NCBI GenBank assembly: GCA_037308085.1
Contig: CP147779.1
Span: forward strand, 832,001-896,000
Reading direction: 5' to 3'
Origin: Promethearchaeati archaeon SRVP18_Atabeyarchaeia-1
Lineage (GTDB): Archaea; Asgardarchaeota; Atabeyarchaeia; Atabeyarchaeales; Atabeyarchaeaceae
Length of the DNA: 64,000 nucleotides
Shown here: piece by piece, positions 29,490 to 37,220 of the stretch
Layout of the letters: every line of letters starts with the position of its first letter
Numbering within the stretch: the first letter of the stretch is position 1
The notes under the pieces: generated by a model
The model's database searches: none
The model's input: only the letters and a program-made list of their open reading frames with translations
What the model was told of the DNA's origin: nothing
Program-made: the position numbers and the translations under genes

Positions 29490-30806
29490 TTGTCACAAAA
29501 GGTAATCGACTCAGTCGTATGCCCGTTCTGCGGCTCTCTTTGCGACGATACGGAAGTTGTAGTCAAGGACGGCAGAATAATCGAAACCCGGAACATGTGC
29601 ATCATGGGAACTCAAAAGCTCTTCGCAAGTCAAGCACCCGAAAGAATCAGAAAACCGATGATACGGGAGAACGGTAGCTTCAAGGAGGTCACACTTGACC
29701 AAGCGATCCAGAGGGCTGCGGAGATACTGGTGAAGTCGGAGAGACCACTTCTTTATGGCTGGAGTTCAAGTGAATGTGATACCAGCAGGGTAGGTTTTGA
29801 GCTTGCTGAAGAGGTTGGCGCTATTATTGATTCGACTGCTTCGGTCTGCCATGGACCTTCCGTTCTCGCCATCCAAGATGTTGGTCTGAGCAGTTGTACT
29901 CTGGGCGAGGTGAAGAACCGAGCTGACCTTATAATATACTGGGGTTGCAATCCTCAACATGCTCACCCAAGACACATGAGCAGATACACTTCATTCGTGA
30001 GAGGTTTCTTCAGAGACAAGGGAGTAAAGGAACGGAGCATAGTTGTGGTAGACGTTCGCAGAACTGATACGGCGAAGCTAGCAACCCACTTTATCCAAAC
30101 CGAATATGACAAGGATTATGAATTACTGGGTGCCCTGAGAGCTGTAGTCAACGGCTATGACATTCTCACCGACAAAGTTGCGGGTGTTCCAAAAGAAAAG
30201 ATAATAGAGCTTGCTAGCATGATGAAGAACTGCGGGTTCGGCATAATCTTCTTTGGCATGGGGTTGACTCAGAGCACTGGGAAGCATAGGAACATAGATA
30301 ACGCGATACAGCTTACCACAGACCTCAACAAATACACAAAGTTCCTGATTATGCCGATGCGTGGTCACTACAACGTGACTGGCTTCGGCGTTGTCGCATC
30401 TTGGATCAGCGGGTACCCGTACGCTGTTGACTTCAGCAGGGGGTATCCGCGGTATAATCCAGGAGAGACAACGGCTAACGATGTCCTGCAGAAAGAGGAG
30501 ATTGATGCGGCGCTTGTCGTGGCATCGGACCCAGTTTCTCATTTTCCGAAGAAGTCGATCGAGTTCTTGGCAAAGATACCTTTGATAGTAATCGAACCAC
30601 ACCCGACTCCAACTACTGAACTTGCTGATGTCGTTATCCCTCCGGCGGTATCGGGAGTGGAAGTTGAGGGGACCGCGTACCGGATGGATAATGTTCCAAT
30701 TCGGCTGAGAAAAGTCGTCGACGCGCCAGACGGCCTCCTTCCAGACAGAGAACTAGTTCACAGAATACTCGAGAAGGTTCGGGAACTGAAGAAGAAGAGA
30801 ACCTAG
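29490..30806 (+). CDS. fwdB: Formylmethanofuran dehydrogenase subunit B (Mo/W, Cys ligand)
   Basis: CPFCGSLCDD, ASVCHGPS, HAHPRHMSRY, PMRGHYNV and GTAYRMD. Confidence 0.97.
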   Translation: MSQKVIDSVVCPFCGSLCDDTEVVVKDGRIIETRNMCIMGTQKLFASQAPERIRKPMIRENGSFKEVTLDQAIQRAAEILVKSERPLLYGWSSSECDTSRVGFELAEEVGAIIDSTASVCHGPSVLAIQDVGLSSCTLGEVKNRADLIIYWGCNPQHAHPRHMSRYTSFVRGFFRDKGVKERSIVVVDVRRTDTAKLATHFIQTEYDKDYELLGALRAVVNGYDILTDKVAGVPKEKIIELASMMKNCGFGIIFFGMGLTQSTGKHRNIDNAIQLTTDLNKYTKFLIMPMRGHYNVTGFGVVASWISGYPYAVDFSRGYPRYNPGETTANDVLQKEEIDAALVVASDPVSHFPKKSIEFLAKIPLIVIEPHPTPTTELADVVIPPAVSGVEVEGTAYRMDNVPIRLRKVVDAPDGLLPDRELVHRILEKVRELKKKRT

Positions 30807-31016
30807 TCGGGAAAGAACTAAACTAAACGAAAGCGTCTGGTTCTATCCAGTTCCACACACGAGTTTTTCTTCTTTTTCTTAGCTTAAGGAGACTCCATAT
30901 GACTTTCTCTTTGTGCTCCTCGACTATTCGCGCATTGCGATCAAAATGGTTAATTAGAGGCATGGATAGATTGTAGGGAAGACCTTTAGAACGCTTGGAG
31001 GAGGTTCTAGGGTATT

Positions 31017-31868
31017 ATGACAACGCTTGGCACAGAAAATATCGTGAAAATTGGTGTTTTGAAACTTGGGAACATTGGGATATCACCTCTGCTAGATCTA
31101 ATCTTGGATGAACGAGCAGACAGGGGGGACATTGATATCCGCGTTGTTGGGAGCGGGCCGAAGCTCACTCCAGAGCAAACTCAGGAAGCTGCACAGAAGC
31201 TAATTGAACTCCGCCCTAAGCTTGTCATCGTGTCGAGCCCAAATGCCAGTCTGCCTGGGCCAAGCAGGGCTAGAGAATTGCTGAACGAAGCCAAGATACC
31301 GACAATTTCGCTGAGTGATGCACCCGGGAAAAAGGCCACTAAAGATATCGAAGAGAAGGGTCAAGGCTACATAATACTGTTAGGCGACCCCCTGATTGGC
31401 GCGCGGAGAGAATTCCTGGACTCTACTGAGATGGCCCTATTCAACTCCGATGCCATCAGAGTACTTTCCATAACTGGCGCCATGCGACTAATAATGAGAG
31501 AAGTCGATAGCGTTGTTGAGCAGATCAAGCAGGGCAAGTCGATCCAGCTTCCAAAGGTAGTTGTGGACGGCAAAACAGTCGTCAATTCCGCTGAGTTCAA
31601 GAACCCCTATGCTCGCGCTAGGGCCATAGCGGCCTACGAGATGACTGGCAAAGTTGCGGAGCTGAATACCCAAGCATGCTTCATTCTCAAGGAACCTCAG
31701 GAATATATTCAGATGGCCACCGCGGCTCACGAGATGATGCGACAGGCAGCGATGCTAGCCGAGTCTGCGAGGGAGATGGAGAAATGTGGAGACTCAGTCT
31801 ACAGACAGCCACACAAACGTGACGGAACGCTCGTAAACAAGAAATCATTGATGGAGAAGCCCCAATAG
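31017..31868 (+). CDS. mtd: F420-dependent methylene-H4MPT dehydrogenase
   Basis: KLGNIG...LDERADR, GSGPK, IGARREFLD.EMALFN and AAHEMMR. Confidence 0.96.
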   Translation: MTTLGTENIVKIGVLKLGNIGISPLLDLILDERADRGDIDIRVVGSGPKLTPEQTQEAAQKLIELRPKLVIVSSPNASLPGPSRARELLNEAKIPTISLSDAPGKKATKDIEEKGQGYIILLGDPLIGARREFLDSTEMALFNSDAIRVLSITGAMRLIMREVDSVVEQIKQGKSIQLPKVVVDGKTVVNSAEFKNPYARARAIAAYEMTGKVAELNTQACFILKEPQEYIQMATAAHEMMRQAAMLAESAREMEKCGDSVYRQPHKRDGTLVNKKSLMEKPQ

Positions 31869-32038
31869 AATAGTGTTATATTCTCCGGATTAGTACAACG
31901 ATGTCCCATAGTTTTTTATGACGATGCACGTCTATACCGATGAACGAAATGGTCTGGAACCGGTACTATCGAATCGAAGTTAGAGAATGCGAAAAGGAGG
32001 TTCTGGTCCTTTTCATGTAATTGCTGGAGGAAATTTGT

Positions 32039-32950
32039 ATGTCGTTTCTGAAATTGGGTAAGTGCGAAGTTGAGGATACATATGCTGAAGCATTCGACAT
32101 ATGGGTTAGCCGGATACTTATCACGGCAAAGAATGAGAAGTGGGCTATTGAAGCAGCTAACTCGGCAATAGGTTTCGCGACATCCATAATCTTCTGCCCG
32201 GCAGAAGCTGGGATAGAGAAGATGGTGAGTCCGAAGGAAACGCCGGACAGCCGACCTGGAGTAATTATGCAGATTTGCCACCCCAGCAAGAAGAAGCTGG
32301 AAGAGCAGGTGCTGGAAAGGGTGACGCAGTGTATGCTAACTTGCCCAACGACAGCAGTGTTCAATGCCCTAACTGGAGGGGAACTCACATTCGACACGGG
32401 AAAGAAAACCAAGTTCTTCGGGGATGGCTTTGAGACTAAGGGTGATTTGGTTGGAAGAGCCATTTGGCATGTTCCAGTCATGGAAGGCGATTTTATAATA
32501 GAGGAGAACTTTGGAGCAAAGAAAGGCGTTGGCGGTGGAAACATGCTGATACTCGGGAGGACTCCAGATGCCGCTCTCGAGGCAGCCGAAGCCGCAATAA
32601 AAGCTATACACAAAGTAGAGGGAGTAATAACACCCTTCCCCGGGGGGATCTGCCGATCAGGCTCCAAGGTAGGATCGCTGAAGTACGCCAAGTTCCTCAA
32701 GGCGTCAACCAATCACCCCTTCTGTCCGACGCTTAGAGGCAAGACGCCTGACTTCAAACTTCCTGATGACGTCCAATCTGTTTATGAGATCGTAATGGAT
32801 GGGGTCTCAATAGAAAGCATAAAGAACGCGACAATTGCTGGGGTCAAGGCAGCATCATCTGTGAATAATGTAAAGCGAATAACAGCCGCAAACTACGGGG
32901 GAACATTGGGACCTCACAAGATATACTTGAAGGATGCTTTGAGCCAATAG
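32039..32950 (+). CDS. ftr: Formylmethanofuran:H4MPT formyltransferase
   Basis: EDTYAEAF, GFATSII.CPAEAG, FFGDG, PFPGGICRSGSK, STNHPFCPTL and NYGG.LG. Confidence 0.97.
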   Translation: MSFLKLGKCEVEDTYAEAFDIWVSRILITAKNEKWAIEAANSAIGFATSIIFCPAEAGIEKMVSPKETPDSRPGVIMQICHPSKKKLEEQVLERVTQCMLTCPTTAVFNALTGGELTFDTGKKTKFFGDGFETKGDLVGRAIWHVPVMEGDFIIEENFGAKKGVGGGNMLILGRTPDAALEAAEAAIKAIHKVEGVITPFPGGICRSGSKVGSLKYAKFLKASTNHPFCPTLRGKTPDFKLPDDVQSVYEIVMDGVSIESIKNATIAGVKAASSVNNVKRITAANYGGTLGPHKIYLKDALSQ

Positions 32951-33495
32951 AGGTCCTCCATACCTCGTCTATTTCCATTTTTTTGGTAGTCTTCAGGTAG
33001 TGCCTGCTCTGTGATTACAGACTTTCTCCTCAGCTAGCCTCTTGCATATGGTTCTTATGATTAGCCATGGCATACGTCTTGGCGAATTCCTGCCTCTGGT
33101 AGTCATTTACTGTCAAGGTAATTTGGGCTCAAAACTATCAGTCTGATTCTGTCCTACATGATGTGCCCGAAGGCATGATAGGGTGCATCTAGGGACGCGA
33201 GAGTTCTTCGCCTCATGAGGGTGATGAGAGACTTCGCGTATGGTTTTATCAAACGCGCGCTATGGCATCAAAGTTGCGTATAGCACAGTGTGCTCTGCTC
33301 ATCCCTGATGAAAATAGAAATGCCCAAGCACGTCTTACGTAAGCCACGAATTAGGGAGGAAGGAGGGGTGTCTTGGAATGTTACTTGACATGGTGAAACA
33401 TACTCTATTTCCGATTGTTGTTCCTCGCCTGATAGGCGACCTACCTTAACCAACCATGTCATATCGCTCGATGTTCGAACAGCATTCTTCGCTGG

Positions 33496-33942
33496 CTAGC
33501 CAAGATCTATCTCTAGGTCTTCCTTGACCGTCTTCAGCACGCTGTGCGGGATGACTTTAGCGACACCCCTTACTGACGAGACCCATTTTATGAACTCTGA
33601 TGCGTCTTCCTTATCTCTGCACCTCGCCATTGCGGCAATCTCAAACTCGCCAGTGATGTGGTGCAGATAGCAGAGATTCATGCAATTTGACAAGGTGGCT
33701 GAAACCTCATTTATGGCAGATGGACAATTAAGCTGAATCAAAAAACAGATCCCATAATTCCTGCCAACAGCGTCAGGGTCAACAACCACAGTGAATCTCT
33801 TTATCGTTCCAGTGTTCTTCATCCGCCTCACACGCCTTGTGACCGTCATCACTGTAGTATTGAGCTCATCTCCGATTTCGCGGTAAGACATCCGGCCGTT
33901 TTCCTGTAAGAGCATTAGGATTTGGATATCCAGTTTGTCCAA
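33496..33942 (-). CDS. Lrp/AsnC transcriptional regulator
   Basis: MDKLDIQIL..LQENGRMSYREI HTH and ITGEFE. Confidence 0.9.
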   Translation of the reverse strand: MDKLDIQILMLLQENGRMSYREIGDELNTTVMTVTRRVRRMKNTGTIKRFTVVVDPDAVGRNYGICFLIQLNCPSAINEVSATLSNCMNLCYLHHITGEFEIAAMARCRDKEDASEFIKWVSSVRGVAKVIPHSVLKTVKEDLEIDLG

Positions 33943-33993
33943 CCGGCGATGCGTCTCTCCTGTCTCCCTCTGCCGATATTCATGTATCGCGCA

Positions 33994-34563
33994 CTAAAGT
34001 GTGCCTCTATAGTGAATCGTCGTTGGGCAACCAACACATTTTCGAGTCTTATATCGAGCACAAGGCCTGCAATCAACATCGCAAGGCGCAGTGGTTCTTC
34101 CTTTGTGAGTGAGGTGCTCTCTTACTGGCAGGAACGAGGAAAAGTGGATGTCACCAATCGGGTAGAACTCCGACCTGCGTATTCCTCCTCCACTTCTCAG
34201 AGAACATTTCTCCGTGGATATGCTCTCGAGAGTATCTTGATCTTCAGCAATGACGAGAGCAATGAGGTTATAGCCTCCTATTGCCTTGAAAATGTGGATC
34301 ACCCTGGGGCAATCTTTGAATCGGTTGAGAAGGTTCTGTGTCGCTTCTGCACTCTCCATTTCGAGCATCACGACGGCGGGGGAAAGCCTTAGTGAAGCTG
34401 GATTGAGCAGGGCTGATACATTGATGATGCCTTGCTTCATGAGTCTCTGCATCCTCTTCTTGATTCCCATGCTTGTGAATCCAATGTTCTTGGCAAGCTC
34501 CTCTAGTGTCGTGCGCCCGTTCAGCTGAAGCTGCGAAATTATCTTTCGGTCAACGTCATCCAA
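33994..34563 (-). CDS. Lrp/AsnC regulator with C-terminal Cys cluster
   Basis: N-terminal HTH and tail PCDVDCRPCARYKTRKCVGCP. Confidence 0.88.
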   Translation of the reverse strand: MDDVDRKIISQLQLNGRTTLEELAKNIGFTSMGIKKRMQRLMKQGIINVSALLNPASLRLSPAVVMLEMESAEATQNLLNRFKDCPRVIHIFKAIGGYNLIALVIAEDQDTLESISTEKCSLRSGGGIRRSEFYPIGDIHFSSFLPVREHLTHKGRTTAPCDVDCRPCARYKTRKCVGCPTTIHYRGTL

Positions 34564-34680
34564 GTGCAGAACCTCGTTTGGTTTCTAAACAATATACATA
34601 AATATGGGTTAGATATTAAACACTTTCGGCTATAATGTGATTGGCTGGTCGCGTCTAGCGTAGACAAGGGAAGATAAGCT

Positions 34681-35595
34681 ATGAAGAATGGGTGTGACGG
34701 CAAATGTGATTCCTGCTCGAAGACTGAGGCATGCAACGATCCAAGAAGGCAGAGCTATGAAAGGGAACAGCGTCTCAAACTCAGAATGAGCAGGATTAGG
34801 CACAAGATTGCTGTAATAAGCGGCAAGGGAGGAGTCGGCAAAAGCACTGTCACTGTGAATCTCGCCGTGGCGTTCGCAATGCGTGGCCACGCCAACTCCG
34901 TGGGCATCCTTGACGCAGACATTCATGGTCCCTGTGTGCCTAATATGCTGGGTCTCAAAGGTCAGAGGCTCCTACCTGATCCTGAAGGAATGCTACCTGT
35001 GATAGGTCCTCTGGGGATCAAGGTCGTGTCCATGGCATTTCTGCTTCCAAATGATGAGGCGCCCGTGGTTTGGCGTGGTCCGCTAAAGATGGTAGCCATT
35101 GAACAGTTCCTTTCCGACACGGTGTGGGGAGAACTCGAGTTCCTATTCATAGATCTTCCGCCTGGAACTGGCGACGAACCCTTGAGCATAATGCAGTTAA
35201 TCCCAAGTATGGATGGCGTAGTAATAGTTACAATGCCTAACAAGGTTGCACAAGATGTGGTGAAGAAGGCTGTCACATTCGCCCAACATTTGGGCATTCC
35301 CATAATTGGCGTAATTGAGAATATGAGTGGCTTCGTCTGCCCGAAGTGCGGACATGAAATCGACACCTTCAAGACTGGCGGAGGGCAGAAAATGGCAAGA
35401 GACTTCTCGATTCCTTTCCTAGGGAGTATCCCAATCGACTCGGAGATTTGCCAGGACTCTGATAACGGAACTCCTTTCATAATCGAGCACGCAGACTCCG
35501 CTGCGACAGACGCGTTCAATGAAATCACTAGAGGGATTGAGCACTTCTTGGAGCACAGAAAGCGACTGGAAAGTGCACAAGCCAAGACATCCTAG
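34681..35595 (+). CDS. Mrp/NBP35 Fe-S cluster carrier ATPase
   Basis: N-terminal CDGKCDSC..C, SGKGGVGKS, DLPPGTGD and ENMS..CPKC. Confidence 0.95.
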   Translation: MKNGCDGKCDSCSKTEACNDPRRQSYEREQRLKLRMSRIRHKIAVISGKGGVGKSTVTVNLAVAFAMRGHANSVGILDADIHGPCVPNMLGLKGQRLLPDPEGMLPVIGPLGIKVVSMAFLLPNDEAPVVWRGPLKMVAIEQFLSDTVWGELEFLFIDLPPGTGDEPLSIMQLIPSMDGVVIVTMPNKVAQDVVKKAVTFAQHLGIPIIGVIENMSGFVCPKCGHEIDTFKTGGGQKMARDFSIPFLGSIPIDSEICQDSDNGTPFIIEHADSAATDAFNEITRGIEHFLEHRKRLESAQAKTS

Positions 35596-35655
35596 GGAAT
35601 CAGACAGCTTGACATACCCAGACATGACAATGAGCTGCTAACACAGGGTGATTGA

Positions 35656-36053
35656 ATGAAAATACGCGTATCTGCAGCATCCGACAATCTGGAAGCTCAG
35701 GTGAATCCAGGATTTGGTGGATGCCCATACTTTGTCATCGTGGATACTGAATCCATGAAATTTGAGGCAATTCTGAATCAGGCTTTTGATGCAATAGGTG
35801 ACGCTGGAATCCAGGCAGCTCAAATCACAGCAGGGAAGGGCGCCAGAGTACTCACAGCTGGGAACGTCAGTCCAAATGCCTTTCAAGCGCTCTCAGCAAC
35901 AGGGATAAAAGTGGTCATGTTCGCTTTTTGAACCGTGAAGGAGGTTGTTGAAAGATGCAAGGGAGGGAACTGGTAGAGACAAGTGCACGGACCGTTCGTG
36001 GGCGCTTCGGTATGGGTATAAGAGCAGGACGAAGTCAGGGACGAGTGCAATAA
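35656..36053 (+). pseudogene. NifB/NifX-family protein, degenerate
   Basis: FGGCPYF and GIQAAQ motifs; TGA at 35929 replaces the Gly of ...GTVKEVVE; a later frameshift precedes a Gly/Arg-rich tail. Confidence 0.7.
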
Positions 36054-36154
36054 TGCAGACAAAAAACCGGGAACGATAGAGGATTTGATGAGATTAGGAC
36101 GAGGAAGGACTTGATGAACTGCTTCGACAACTCAAGGAAGAAGGAGGTGATAAA

Positions 36155-36529
36155 GTGGGAGCTAGGATTGTGGTTCCGACTGTAGATGAAAATGGTCTGA
36201 GCGCTCAATTAGCAGACCATTTCGGGAGGGCACCTTATTTTGCAGTGATCGAGTTGGGCGAGAGCAATGAGGTTTCAAACGTAAGAACTGTTAAGAATGT
36301 CGGCGAGCATTTTGGCGGAGGAGGACATGCTCATGAAGCGATTTTGCAGCAGAAACCAAGTGCCGTCATAGTTCGTGGGATGGGTCCAAGAGGTCTAAGC
36401 AGTTTCCAAGACGCAGGAGTGGCAGTTCTGAGGGCTAACGCGAACACGGTCAAAGAAGTGATTGACGCATACAAGGATGATGAGCTTCAGGAACTCACAG
36501 AGGGATGCCATGAGGCGCAGCACAAGTGA
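36155..36529 (+). CDS. NifB/NifX-family metal-cluster binding protein
   Basis: HFGRAPYF, GMGPR and TVKEVI. Confidence 0.88.
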   Translation: MGARIVVPTVDENGLSAQLADHFGRAPYFAVIELGESNEVSNVRTVKNVGEHFGGGGHAHEAILQQKPSAVIVRGMGPRGLSSFQDAGVAVLRANANTVKEVIDAYKDDELQELTEGCHEAQHK

Positions 36530-36839
36530 TTTAGTCTCGGTTTACCATTAGGACTGTCCTAGAAGACATACGCCAATCTCCGCGCCTTTGTTTTCAAATA
36601 GCCGGGTGACATTATGTCAAATCTGCAATCCACCAGAAGAGATTAGACGAATTGGCAAAGCGTTAGAAAATGGAGGAGAACTAGACTCAAATACAGCCAA
36701 GCGCGCGCTGTATTCCCGCCTGATTGTACTCTTGTGAGAGATGTTACTACGAAGGGGAGAGCGAGTGCAATCTCCTCGATGGACCAAAGGCTTTCGTTCT
36801 CTCAGGGTTCCATTGCCTACTCTATCGATTCTCATGTGA

Positions 36840-37096
36840 GGTTCTGTCAAGTCTTCGGTTGAAGGCTTAACTGGCTTGCATCGACTTTCAGGATTGCCTC
36901 CTGCCGCTGTGAGGGTTCCTGCACCATCGCTTCACCTGCAAGTCCCGACGGGCCGAACCGCAGCCCTGCGCTAGCATCCCGCTCTTATCTCCCCCCGCAT
37001 TCAGCTATGGAAAGCCACATGCCGCGAAAATGAGAGAATGCTTAGACGCCCAGAGTTCTTTCCACCATATAAATCAACCGCAGACTTGATAGAAGC
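36840..37096 (-). mobile_element. 257-bp MITE with IS6-like TIRs, 8-bp TSD and a putative TnpB omegaRNA cargo
   Basis: TIRs at 36840-36862 (GGTTCTGTCAAGTCTTCGGTTGA) and 37074-37096, 20/23 identical; direct repeat TCATGTGA at 36832-36839 and 37097-37104; internal TTTATA on the minus strand at about 37068-37073. Confidence 0.85.
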
Positions 37097-37220
37097 TCAT
37101 GTGACAAAGGTTTAAAATAAGGTAGGTTCAAGTGGTCTCTGACTAGAATATGGTTAATCGCTAATTATGAGATATTATGTCACTCTTGATGATAGAATCT
37201 TGAAGGAGGATAATCATCGA

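Noticed and set aside
29490-30806. Selenocysteine FwuB
   Set aside because: The metal-ligand position is TGC (ASVCHGP).
18631-32950. Methanogenesis
   Set aside because: No mcr, mtrA-G or hdrBC in the window; the genes fit the archaeal Wood-Ljungdahl pathway. The rest of the genome is unseen.
33195-33239. Imperfect hairpin with ATGA motifs after ftr
   Set aside because: No SECIS geometry and no UGA-containing gene upstream; function unsupported.
35929-35931. In-frame TGA in the NifB/NifX gene as possible Sec
   Set aside because: It aligns to Gly, not Cys, and the gene has further lesions; a nonsense mutation is more likely.
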